This document shows, piece by piece, positions 31,851-41,017 of a stretch of 64,000 bases of DNA (its first letter is position 1; each line of letters opens with the position of its first letter). A program made the translations under genes and the position numbers. Below the pieces are notes generated by a model. The model had not been told where the DNA came from and did not search any database. It worked only from the letters and a program-made list of their open reading frames with translations. Where the stretch lies: assembly GCA_013140805.1 (NCBI GenBank), contig JABFRW010000033.1, forward strand, positions 245 through 64,244, given 5' to 3'. This DNA is from Candidatus Eiseniibacteriota bacterium (GTDB lineage Bacteria > Eisenbacteria > RBG-16-71-46).

Positions 31851-33581
31851 ATGACCCCGATCCGACTTTCGCATGATGGGCTGAGCGTGCTTCGTGTTGC
31901 GCAACGCGCGCTCCTCGGATTCTCGATCGTCGGCAGCCTGATCTTCACGGCCGCACCCGGTTTCGCGGCCGGGCTACCGCTCGAGCGCCCCGACGATCCA
32001 CCGCTGCCGGCAGCCAAGGCTCCGCCGGGAGCTCGCAGTGCCGCGAACGTCAGCTTCGGGCGCTTCACGCACATTCAGGTCAACGTCAACGGCCTCGGCG
32101 CGAACATCCCCGGCGATGCGGCGAATGAGCCGTCGATCGCGGTCGATCCGAACGACCACAACCGCATGGCGATCGGGTGGCGGCAGTTCGACAACGTGGC
32201 TTCGAACTTTCGTCAGGCCGGCTTCGGATTCACCACCAATGGCGGACTCACCTGGACCGCCGGCAAGATCGAGCCCGGTGTGTTTCGGAGCGACCCGGTG
32301 CTTCACTCCGACGGCGCCGGCAATTTCTTCTACAACAGCCTGACCTCGACCTCGATCATCACCACGCAGCTGTTTCCGTCGACTGATGGCGGCGCGACGT
32401 GGGGTGCCTCGACGTTCGCGTTCGGCGGCGACAAACAGTGGATGACGATCGATCGCACCGGTGGACTGGGCCACGATCACATCTATCAGGCCTGGAGCAC
32501 CGCCGCGAATTCCTACGAACCCAACACCTTCAATCGATCCAACGATGACGGCGACACGTTCCAGTCGCCGAGCATCATTCCCGATTCGCCGGTGTGGGGA
32601 ACGCTCGACGTTGCGAGTGACGGCACGCTGTACGTGGTCGGCACCGAAGGACCTGGCGGACTGATCTTCGTCGCGCGCTCGACCGACGCGAAGAACGCGC
32701 TCGTGACGCCCACGTTCACGACCGTACCCGTCGACCTCGGTGGCTTCGTGCAGACCGGTGGGCCCAATCCGGCCGGACTGCTCGGCCAGCTGTGGGTCGC
32801 CGTCGACCGTTCGACCGGACCGCGCGCCGGCTGGATCTACGTGCTCGGATCGGTCCGGACCGAGAACGATCCGCTCGACGTGAACTTCATTCGCAGCACC
32901 GACGGCGGTCAGACCTGGAGCGTGCCGCTGCGGGTCAACGACGACCCGAGCGGCAATCGCGCATTCCAGTGGTTCGGGTCCATGTCGGTCTCACCGGAGG
33001 GCCGCATCGACGCGGTGTGGAATGACACGCGCGCTTCGGCGGACAGCACCAAGAGCGCGCTCTACTATTCGTATTCGACCGATGGCGGCTCGAGCTGGTC
33101 GGTGAACGAGCAGGCGAGCCCGATCTGGACCAGCACGGTCGGCTTTCCAAATCAGGCGAAAATCGGCGACTACTGCCACATGGTCTCGGACAGCGACGGC
33201 GCCGATCTCGCCTGGGCCGCCACCTTCAGCGGTGGCCAGGACGTCTACTACGTTCGCATTCCGAGTCTCGTGCCGGTCGCGGTCGCCGAGCCGCCGGGGC
33301 GTGGCGCGCGGCTGCACGCCGGCTCGCCGAATCCGTTCACCTCCGCGACCTCGATTCGTTTCGACGTGCCGCCGGCCGGCTCGCGCGTGAAGCTGGAGGT
33401 GTTCGATGCCGGCGGACATCGCGTCGCCACGCTGGTCGACGCGTTCGTGCCGGGAGGGACGCACCTCGCTCGCTGGGCAGGAGTCGACCGGTCGGGCCGC
33501 ACGATGAATGCGGGCGTGTACTTCGCTCGCTTCGAAGCCGACGGGCATCGGGAGTCTCGAAAGTTGATGTTGCTTCGATAG
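31851..33581 (+). CDS. Secreted BNR/Asp-box repeat protein (sialidase-like beta-propeller) with C-terminal sorting domain
   Basis: AGGAGG RBS. Four Asp-boxes (STDGGATW, SNDDGDTF, STDGGQTW, STDGGSSW). C-terminus ...AGVYFARFEADG.... Confidence 0.7.
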   Translation: MTPIRLSHDGLSVLRVAQRALLGFSIVGSLIFTAAPGFAAGLPLERPDDPPLPAAKAPPGARSAANVSFGRFTHIQVNVNGLGANIPGDAANEPSIAVDPNDHNRMAIGWRQFDNVASNFRQAGFGFTTNGGLTWTAGKIEPGVFRSDPVLHSDGAGNFFYNSLTSTSIITTQLFPSTDGGATWGASTFAFGGDKQWMTIDRTGGLGHDHIYQAWSTAANSYEPNTFNRSNDDGDTFQSPSIIPDSPVWGTLDVASDGTLYVVGTEGPGGLIFVARSTDAKNALVTPTFTTVPVDLGGFVQTGGPNPAGLLGQLWVAVDRSTGPRAGWIYVLGSVRTENDPLDVNFIRSTDGGQTWSVPLRVNDDPSGNRAFQWFGSMSVSPEGRIDAVWNDTRASADSTKSALYYSYSTDGGSSWSVNEQASPIWTSTVGFPNQAKIGDYCHMVSDSDGADLAWAATFSGGQDVYYVRIPSLVPVAVAEPPGRGARLHAGSPNPFTSATSIRFDVPPAGSRVKLEVFDAGGHRVATLVDAFVPGGTHLARWAGVDRSGRTMNAGVYFARFEADGHRESRKLMLLR

Positions 33582-33643
33582 CCGGAGGGCAGGACGTCCG
33601 CGCGCGACTTGGCGCCTGCGCGGTTTCCGGTTACTTCTCCGGC

Positions 33644-35011
33644 ATGCTCCGGAACTTCGTACCCACTGCCGCGGATGTCCGCTCGTTGCTGCGCCTGGCG
33701 GTGCCGATCGTCACCGTGCAGGTCGGCATCATGCTGATGGGCGTGGTCGACACCATCGTGGTCGGCCACGTCTCGGCGCGTGAACTTGCGGCGGCGTCGC
33801 TCGGGCACCTGTACGTGTTCGGGCTCGCGGTATTCGCGATGGGAACGTTGTGGGCGCTCGACCCGATCGTTTCGCAGGCGATGGGCGCGCGCGACCACGA
33901 GGCGGCTTCGCTCGGCATCCAGCGTGGACTGGTGCTCGGGGTGCTGCTCGGCATCGTCATGACCTTGCTGTGCTTCCCGGCCGAAGCGGTGTTCCGGGCG
34001 CTGCGCCAGCCCGCTGACGTGGTGCCGCGCGCGGCCGGCTTCGTGTGGATGTCGGCGCCCAGCATGTCGGCATTGCTGATGTTCGTGATGCTGCGCCAGA
34101 GCCTCCAGGCGATGAAGCACACGCGGTCGATCGTCGTCACGATCGTGGTCGGCAATCTCGTGAACCTCGCGCTCAACTGGGTGCTGGTGTTCGGCAACCT
34201 GGGCGCCCCGGCGATGGGTGCGATCGGCTCGGCTCTCTCCAGCACGATCGGGCGCTGGGTGATGCTGCTGATGCTGATCGCGCTGTCGTGGCGCCACATC
34301 GGTCCGATGCTGCGCCCGTGGCATCCCGAAGCACTGGCGCGCGGCCCGCTGCTCAAGACGCTTCGGATCGGACTGCCGATCGGGATCCAGTCGACGGTCG
34401 AGTTCACGACCTTTGCCGCGATCTCGATCTTCGCCGGCTGGTTCGGCGCCGAGGCGATCGGCGGGCACCAGGTGGCGATCAATCTCTCCTCACTCACCTT
34501 CATGGTGCCGATGGGCGTCGGGAGCGCGGCGGCGGTGCTGGTCGGTCACGCGATCGGCGAGGGCGACATCGGACACGCGCGACGCATCGCGGCGAGTGCG
34601 CTGCTGTGCGGTGCCGGCTTCATGGCCCTGTGCGCGCTCGTGCTGCTGGCGATCCCGGGGCACTTTGCGGCGCTCTATACCTCGGTGCCGGGCATCGTGG
34701 CGCTGGCCTCGACGCTGATTCCGATCGCGGGGGTGTTCCAGATCTTCGACGGCCTCCAGGTCGTTGCGTCCGGTGTGCTGCGCGGTGCGGGCGACACGCG
34801 CGCGGCGTTGATCTCGAACGTGCTCGGCTTCTGGCTGATCGGCATTCCGGTCAGTCTGTGGCTCGGCTTCGGGCTCGGTGGCGGGGTGGTCGGGCTGTGG
34901 TGGGGTTTTGTGGCCGGGCTGTTCGCGGTCGCTCTCTTCCTCGTGCTCCGAGTGCGATTCCGCCTCGCGGGCGAGATCGCACGCCTGAACGTCGACGCGG
35001 CTCGCGGCTAA
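33644..35011 (+). CDS. MATE family efflux transporter
   Basis: 12-TM hydrophobic profile with MATE-like N-terminal region LRLAVPIVTVQVGIMLMGVVDTIVVGHVS. Confidence 0.85.
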   Translation: MLRNFVPTAADVRSLLRLAVPIVTVQVGIMLMGVVDTIVVGHVSARELAAASLGHLYVFGLAVFAMGTLWALDPIVSQAMGARDHEAASLGIQRGLVLGVLLGIVMTLLCFPAEAVFRALRQPADVVPRAAGFVWMSAPSMSALLMFVMLRQSLQAMKHTRSIVVTIVVGNLVNLALNWVLVFGNLGAPAMGAIGSALSSTIGRWVMLLMLIALSWRHIGPMLRPWHPEALARGPLLKTLRIGLPIGIQSTVEFTTFAAISIFAGWFGAEAIGGHQVAINLSSLTFMVPMGVGSAAAVLVGHAIGEGDIGHARRIAASALLCGAGFMALCALVLLAIPGHFAALYTSVPGIVALASTLIPIAGVFQIFDGLQVVASGVLRGAGDTRAALISNVLGFWLIGIPVSLWLGFGLGGGVVGLWWGFVAGLFAVALFLVLRVRFRLAGEIARLNVDAARG

Positions 35012-35207
35012 CCGCTCCGGGTGCCGGGGGGCCATCCCGGATCATCCCCGTGCACGTGCGCTGGGCGCCGTCCGAATCGCCGTTCGTCCCATTGCGAAAC
35101 TCTGCCAGCCGATCCCGAGTAAACGACCGGCTCGGCGTCGCGACCTCGCAGCGCGCCCGGCCTCGACTCCCCGCGAGGCAATCGATCGTTCACTTCGCGG
35201 AGGCACC

Positions 35208-37001
35208 ATGATCGTCGCTACTCGCCTGAGCCCGTCACCACGCCGCGGTGTCGCGCCGATTCGCAGGTTATCGCTGCTGTGGCTCGCGATCACCGGGCTT
35301 GCGCTCAGCGGGCTCGCGGCGGGCCCCGGTCGCGGCTTCGCTCAGGGCCACACCGATACTCGGCGGGTCGTTTCCTCGACTCCCGCCACGGCTGCAGCAC
35401 TCGCGGACACCGCACGGGTCCGCCGCTGGCGCGAGGAAGTGCGTGCGATCACTCAGCGGGTGAGGCACCAGCACCCGCGACCGTTCGCATTCAGCTCCGA
35501 AGCGGCATTCGACTCCTCGGCACGGGCGATCGAGGCGCGCATCGCCACCAGCGACGACGCACGGCTCGCGGTCGAGTGCATGCGCATGGTCGCGGCACTC
35601 GGAGACGCTCACACTCAGGTGATCGGCACCCTGCCGCCGCTCGGCTTCACGACCGTGCTGCCGATCGTGATGCGACCGTTCGAGGACGGGCTCTATGTGA
35701 CTGCCGCCGGTCCCGAATATGCCGCGTGGGTCGGGAGCAAGGTGACCCGCATCGGAGAGCTCGCAACCGACGACGCGCTCGCCCGAGTCGCCTCGGCGAC
35801 CAGCGCCGACAATCGCTACACGCAACTCGATCGAGCTCCGCTGTTCCTGATGATGCCGGCGCTGCTTCAAGCACTCGGAGTCGTCCCCGACCGCGATCGG
35901 GTGTCCCTCGAGATCGAGCGCGCGCCGGGAAAGCGCGAGCGCATCGTTGTCATCGGCGGGCCGCCGCCCGAGGGCTTTCCGTTCGCGTTTCTCGAGACCG
36001 AGCCGCCGATTCCGGCCGCCTGGACGAGTGCGCGCCGGGTGACGGCGAACGCACTGCCGCGCTGCGACCAGCGGCCCGAGTCGGCGTGGTGGTTCGAGGT
36101 GTTACCGGATTCGCGCGCCGTGTATCTGCGACTGCGTCGTATCGAGCCCATTTCGGGTGATCTCGCCTACTTCGAACTCTATCGACGCCTGTTCGCCGTG
36201 CTCGACAGCCTCAAGCCGTCCGCGCTGATCGTGGATCTGCGGCACGATCACGGCGGCAACAACACGATCCTCGATCCGCTGATCCGCGGCATCATCGCGC
36301 GGCCGTGGCTCGACCGGCAGGGTGCCCTGTTCGCGCTCATCGATCGCGGCACATTCTCGGCGGCGATGAACGCCGCGGTGTTCCTCGACGAGCGTACGCG
36401 TGCGCTCTTCATCGGGGAGCCGACCGGCGGCCGCGTCAATCACTACGGCGATGCGCCGGAACGGGACACACCGAACTTTGGAATGATGCTGCAGGTCTCG
36501 ACCGTGCCCTGGACGTCGCGGTTCCCGAACGATGATCGCGCGTGGATCGCACCCGAGCACGCGGTGCCGTCCACGTTCGCCGACTGGCGCGAAGCCAAGG
36601 ATCGCGCACTCGATTCGGCGCTCGAGGCGCTGCGGGAGGGTGCGCTTTCGCCGCGGGTGCTGGCCTCGGCGAAGCGCTCTGGAACCGAGGCGGCTCAGGC
36701 GACTTTCGAAGCCTGGAGAGCCGCTCATCCGAGCCCGTGGGAGACCGATCCACACGGCGATCTCGCCGGTTACTGCGCGGACCTCATCGAGGCCGGAGAG
36801 TGGCGCGATGCCGCGGTGCTGGGTGAGGTCATGGTGGCGCTCGACCCGCGCTCTTCGATCTCGTGGCGGCTGCTTGGCGAGGCTGCGGCGGCGAATGGAA
36901 ATCGCGCTCGCGCGGTCGAGTGCCTCAAAAAGACGCTCGAGATCAACCCCCGTGCCCAGGTCGCAGCGATGATGCTGCGCCGACTGGGCGAGAAGCCCTA
37001 G
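35208..37001 (+). CDS. Secreted S41-like serine peptidase with C-terminal TPR region
   Basis: GGAGG RBS. Signal peptide. DRGTFSAAMNAAVFL matches the S41 G-x-S-A-x nucleophile motif. VDLRHDHGGNN. C-terminal TPR-like helices. Confidence 0.6.
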   Translation: MIVATRLSPSPRRGVAPIRRLSLLWLAITGLALSGLAAGPGRGFAQGHTDTRRVVSSTPATAAALADTARVRRWREEVRAITQRVRHQHPRPFAFSSEAAFDSSARAIEARIATSDDARLAVECMRMVAALGDAHTQVIGTLPPLGFTTVLPIVMRPFEDGLYVTAAGPEYAAWVGSKVTRIGELATDDALARVASATSADNRYTQLDRAPLFLMMPALLQALGVVPDRDRVSLEIERAPGKRERIVVIGGPPPEGFPFAFLETEPPIPAAWTSARRVTANALPRCDQRPESAWWFEVLPDSRAVYLRLRRIEPISGDLAYFELYRRLFAVLDSLKPSALIVDLRHDHGGNNTILDPLIRGIIARPWLDRQGALFALIDRGTFSAAMNAAVFLDERTRALFIGEPTGGRVNHYGDAPERDTPNFGMMLQVSTVPWTSRFPNDDRAWIAPEHAVPSTFADWREAKDRALDSALEALREGALSPRVLASAKRSGTEAAQATFEAWRAAHPSPWETDPHGDLAGYCADLIEAGEWRDAAVLGEVMVALDPRSSISWRLLGEAAAANGNRARAVECLKKTLEINPRAQVAAMMLRRLGEKP

Positions 37002-37162
37002 CCCGGATCATTCACGAACGTAACGGAGGTCTTCGCGAGGAGCGACGCGAACCTCGCGTGGACGTCTCCGCCGTCGTCCGAGCCAGGGAAGCAGGCTGCG
37101 TCGACAGGGGCAGGCTCGACAGGTACGCTGCGGAGCATGTTCGGCGAAGAAGAGTTCTGCGC

Positions 37163-37675
37163 GTGACGAACGCCGAAACTCAGCTTGCAAGCTACTTCGC
37201 GAAGTACGAGCCGGCGATGGCCAAGCTCGGAAAAGCATTGCGCGCGAAGCTGCGTGCTCGACTGCCCGGTCTGTTCGAGATCGTGTACGTGTACGAAAGC
37301 CAGAACGCGCTCGTGATCTCGTATTCACCGACTGAGAACGGCTACGAGGGGCTGTGCGCGATCGCGCTATACCCGCGCGAGGTGAAGCTGTCCTTCGGGC
37401 AGGGCGCTCGATTGTCGAAGTCGGATCCGAACAAGCTGCTGCAAGGCCGCGGCACGACGGTGCGTCATGTCGTGCTGAACACGGTCGCGGACTTCGACCG
37501 CGCGGAGATCGAAGTGTTGATGGCGGCCGCATTGAAGCTCGCGCAGCTGCGTCTCGATGCGAGCGCGAAGGGCTCGGTGATCATCCGAGCCGAGGCACAG
37601 AAGCAGCGTGCGCTCCGCGCGAGTAAAGCAGCGCGACCGGCCTCTGCACGTCGGACGGCGAAAGCCCGGCGCTGA
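37163..37675 (+). CDS. DUF1801-like small protein (GTG start)
   Basis: ...LASYFAKYEPAMAKLGKALRAKLRARLPGLFEIVYVYESQNALVISY... resembles the DUF1801/YdhG family. The long upstream extension in the track has no support. Confidence 0.45.
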   Translation: MTNAETQLASYFAKYEPAMAKLGKALRAKLRARLPGLFEIVYVYESQNALVISYSPTENGYEGLCAIALYPREVKLSFGQGARLSKSDPNKLLQGRGTTVRHVVLNTVADFDRAEIEVLMAAALKLAQLRLDASAKGSVIIRAEAQKQRALRASKAARPASARRTAKARR

Positions 37676-37821
37676 CTCGCCAGCACGGATGCCGGCGCGG
37701 TCCTTCCGAAGGCGGCGGATCGGCGGCTCGGTTCCGCATCGACTACGCCGCTGCGAGGCCATCGCGGCCGACTTGACGAATGAGCCGGGCCAGGGGGCTC
37801 GAACACCGGGCGCGACCGCCT

Positions 37822-38313
37822 TCAGCGTTCCGGCTTCCACGCCGCGCGCAGCTGGATCAGCACGCAGTAGAGCAGCGCCAGCGCTCCGATCGGGGCGAGG
37901 AAGATTCCGAGTCCGGGATCGCCCTCGTAGTGCTGGATTCCGCCGAGCAGAAAGCCGAGCGGCATCAGCACCGTGCCGGCGACCAACGCGCGCGAGGCGT
38001 GAAGCCGCTGCGTTGCGCCGAGGCTCGGAGCCTCGGCCCAGCGCACGTAGACGAGATTCAGCACCGAGAGCAGCGCGCCGTGAAAGTGTGCGAGCGTCAG
38101 GAACTCGCGACGCAGCGGGTCGAGCAGATAGCCGCCGAGCTTGAAGCCATGCGCGAGCTCGAGCACCAGGCCCAGGCACATCCACGCGAACAGCGAGGTC
38201 CAGCCGAAGCGACGATGAAGCAGGGCGAGCCGCTCCGCGGCCGCACCTTCGGGCCGTTGCTCCTTCGTCGAGGACTCGCCGCGTGGTTCCTTCCTGGCGC
38301 TCATGGGATTCAC
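37822..38313 (-). CDS. Small polytopic membrane protein, translationally coupled to the octaheme cytochrome
   Basis: Four predicted hydrophobic helices with conserved His residues (HGFKLGG, HFHGALL). The start overlaps, or lies within 5 nt of, the cytochrome stop. Confidence 0.55.
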   Translation of the reverse strand: MNPMSARKEPRGESSTKEQRPEGAAAERLALLHRRFGWTSLFAWMCLGLVLELAHGFKLGGYLLDPLRREFLTLAHFHGALLSVLNLVYVRWAEAPSLGATQRLHASRALVAGTVLMPLGFLLGGIQHYEGDPGLGIFLAPIGALALLYCVLIQLRAAWKPER

Positions 38314-40112
38314 TCTCCGATCGAAACCAGATGGTTGCTCTGCCGCGCGATCAGGCTCGTGATGACGTCACGCCTGGGCATGAACTCGGCATCGAGCGGG
38401 ACCGCCGCACCCGGGTGCGAGAGCCGTCGTTTGTCGAGCCCCTGCCACCACGACCACCACGATTGAAGCGCCGCGGTGCGAGCCGCCGGCTCGGCAAGAT
38501 AGTCGAACGGCGGCGACTTCGGAGCCGCCCCGATTGCCGACTCGCCGACCTCCGCACGTGCGCACAACTCGAGCAGCCCCCGATGGGCGAAGTGCCGCAC
38601 CGCGGGGTAGGGGTCCTCCATGGTCAGCAGCAGGAAGGGCACAGCCCACAGCCGCTGCGTGGGGTCCGAGGTGTACGAGCGGGCCTGCGCGAGTGCGTTC
38701 GCCGCCACCGCGCGCTGCACCACGTCGCCGCCGAACAACGAGCGGATGCTCTCTGCAGTCTCGAATGCGCGATCGCTCGGCTCGTCGTCGGGAGGCGGTG
38801 TACCGAACTGTCGCGCGGTCTCTCTCGCGGCCCAGATCGCGGTCCGATCGGTGTGGCACAACGTGCAGGCCTCCGGCATTTCGTTTCTCCACGCCCGCGC
38901 GGGTGCCGGGCTGGTGATGCGGTGGCTCGGGTGCACGGTCAGCAATCCGTAAGTGGTGGGCGGCATGTGGCAGGCGTAGCACTCGCTGCCCGAGCCCGCG
39001 GCCTCGTGCCCGGTGTGCTTCGACACGTTGCGACCGATCTCGGCGTGGCACTGCACGCAGCCGGCATTGCCGCGCATCGCCGGCTGGATCATGCCGCGCG
39101 GATCGCCGCCATGCATGTCGTGGCATGACATGCAGGTCAGGTCGCTCGAGCCGTGGCCCTCGGACGTCAGCAGTCCCTGGTACTCGTAGGCGGTGAGTCG
39201 CGGCGTCCCGTCGCTCCAGAATCGCTGGCTCAGATCGGTGCCGGCGAGTTCGGTGTGCGCGTCGATCGGCGTGGTGAAACGACTCAGGTCGTCGCCGGCC
39301 GTGTAGGGATCGCCGACCGTCATGAACTCGGCGATGCGCTCGCGCGGGTTCGGCAACCGCTGACCGTGGCAGTGGCCGCAGATCTGGATCTGCTGCATGC
39401 GCGGCAGCTCGCGCGGCGATCGGATCGTGGGGTCGCGGTCGCCGAGGTACAACAGGTAGCGCCGGAGCGGATCCCGGTTGCGACGAATGTGCAGATCCGC
39501 TGGACCGTGGCAGGCCTCGCACGCGATGCCCAGTTCGGCGACGCGAGCGTCGAAGGTATCGGTCTCGCGGTTCAGTCTCGGCTGAGCCTTCACGTTGTGG
39601 CAGAAGATGCAGTTGCTGTCCCAGTCGGTTCGATGGGCATTGAACGCGGTGGCGTCGGGATCGAGGAAGCCGCCGTTCAGATGGATCCACCGGCGTTCCT
39701 CGATGTTCCACGCGACCGGCAGGCGGACGTGCCGGTCGCCGACTCGCGTCACGTATTGCTGAATTCGACGCGAGCCGACCGTCATGGCGATCTCGTAGCG
39801 TTCCATGGTGTTCGCGGGAGACAACGTCTCGACGAAGAACCGCTCGCCGTCGCGCGTGAATCGCGACGTGACGCCCTGATAGGTGAGGCTCGCGTTCTCG
39901 AAATCGCCGACCACCGCAGTGGCGCGTGCAGGCTGAGTCATGGTGCGGTGGAAGGTGCGATGCCAGGTCTCGTAGCGCCCCGGGTGGCACATCACGCACT
40001 GCTCCGAGGTCGCATAGGCGACCTGCGGCAGTTCGACCGGCGTGCGCAGCTCGCCGGTGATTCGCGCGCCGATGGCGACCGTCGCTGCGAGGGCCGCGAG
40101 TGCGGCGATCAC
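38310..40112 (-). CDS. Octaheme c-type cytochrome (8 CxxCH) with C-terminal HEAT-like helical region; GTG start
   Basis: CVMCH, CIFCH, CEACH, CGHCH, CMSCH, CVQCH, CYACH and CTLCH. N-terminal signal/anchor IAALAALAATVAIGARITG. Confidence 0.8.
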   Translation of the reverse strand: MIAALAALAATVAIGARITGELRTPVELPQVAYATSEQCVMCHPGRYETWHRTFHRTMTQPARATAVVGDFENASLTYQGVTSRFTRDGERFFVETLSPANTMERYEIAMTVGSRRIQQYVTRVGDRHVRLPVAWNIEERRWIHLNGGFLDPDATAFNAHRTDWDSNCIFCHNVKAQPRLNRETDTFDARVAELGIACEACHGPADLHIRRNRDPLRRYLLYLGDRDPTIRSPRELPRMQQIQICGHCHGQRLPNPRERIAEFMTVGDPYTAGDDLSRFTTPIDAHTELAGTDLSQRFWSDGTPRLTAYEYQGLLTSEGHGSSDLTCMSCHDMHGGDPRGMIQPAMRGNAGCVQCHAEIGRNVSKHTGHEAAGSGSECYACHMPPTTYGLLTVHPSHRITSPAPARAWRNEMPEACTLCHTDRTAIWAARETARQFGTPPPDDEPSDRAFETAESIRSLFGGDVVQRAVAANALAQARSYTSDPTQRLWAVPFLLLTMEDPYPAVRHFAHRGLLELCARAEVGESAIGAAPKSPPFDYLAEPAARTAALQSWWSWWQGLDKRRLSHPGAAVPLDAEFMPRRDVITSLIARQSNHLVSIGE

Positions 40113-40205
40113 GAATCCTGTGGCGCGGCGAATGCGTGGAGAGGCCAGGGGGAGCTCCGGGTTGAGTGGGAGCGGCGACGGGTCGTCGAGCGTGCGACGA
40201 CGATA

Positions 40206-40892
40206 TCAGTCCCGCGTCGCGGCGCCGATCGACTCGAGTAATTCGCGGCCGGCCTGGATGACCTCGCTCGACCACTCGTGACCACCCACGAATGGGAGGC
40301 TTCGAACCTCGCAACCGCCCGTGCGCAGGAACTCGACGTCGGCCGCGAGCGCCGCGGGCGGATAGTAAGTGTCCAGCGTGCCGGTCGCTGCCACGATACG
40401 CGGATGTCGTGCGAGCGGAGCGTCCTTCAGTTCAGGCGGCAGGTCGCCGCCTGCCACCAGCAGGCCATCGCATGCGTGGCGCCCTCGGAACGCGGCCCGG
40501 TAGGCCATCGCGACGCCCTGCGAGAAGCCGGCGAACACACATGCGGTGAAGGGGCCGAACTCGCGCTGTAACTCGGCTCCCGCGGCGTCGACGTACGTGA
40601 GGTTGTCGGCGATTGCATGCTCGCGATCCTCGCGCGTCATCCAGTTCGCGACCACTTCGTCGGTGCGCAGTGCATAGAACGGATGGAGTGCCTGGACCGC
40701 GGCCACCAGCCAGGTGCCGGTGGGGTCGAGTGCCGCCAGCGAATCGAAGAACGAAGTCGCGCTCTGTCCGTAGCCGTGGAATCCGATCAGCGCCGGGCGC
40801 GGGCGCCCGCCACGTGCCGCGCGGACCAGCATCCGGCCGTGGACCGGGGTGCTCACGAGTCGCAATTGGGGAGCGGCGGGTTCAGTCGGCAT
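40206..40892 (-). CDS. Alpha/beta hydrolase (phospholipase/carboxylesterase family)
   Basis: GFSQG nucleophile elbow and an oxyanion region around LIGFHGYGQSA. Start moved to ATG 40892 (MPTEPAAPQ). Confidence 0.7.
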   Translation of the reverse strand: MPTEPAAPQLRLVSTPVHGRMLVRAARGGRPRPALIGFHGYGQSATSFFDSLAALDPTGTWLVAAVQALHPFYALRTDEVVANWMTREDREHAIADNLTYVDAAGAELQREFGPFTACVFAGFSQGVAMAYRAAFRGRHACDGLLVAGGDLPPELKDAPLARHPRIVAATGTLDTYYPPAALAADVEFLRTGGCEVRSLPFVGGHEWSSEVIQAGRELLESIGAATRD

Positions 40893-41017
40893 CGCGCGTC
40901 GCCTCGAGGGGTGTCGGGCGAGAATAACGGCGAGTCGGCCTGTTCGCCTCATGGGGCTCGGACGTAGTCGAGAGTGCAGCCGGCAGGTGCCGGCGGACAC
41001 CCCTCTGGAGGCTATGA

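Noticed and set aside
37766-37840. TTCGAGC-containing stretch that superficially resembles a tRNA T-arm
   Set aside because: No complementary T-stem or acceptor stem, and no cloverleaf can be drawn. I treat it as not a tRNA.
38368-40314. 648-aa minus-strand ORF in an alternative frame over the cytochrome locus
   Set aside because: It carries no CxxCH motifs and is Arg-rich. The overlapping frame (38310-40112) has eight CxxCH motifs and a signal anchor.
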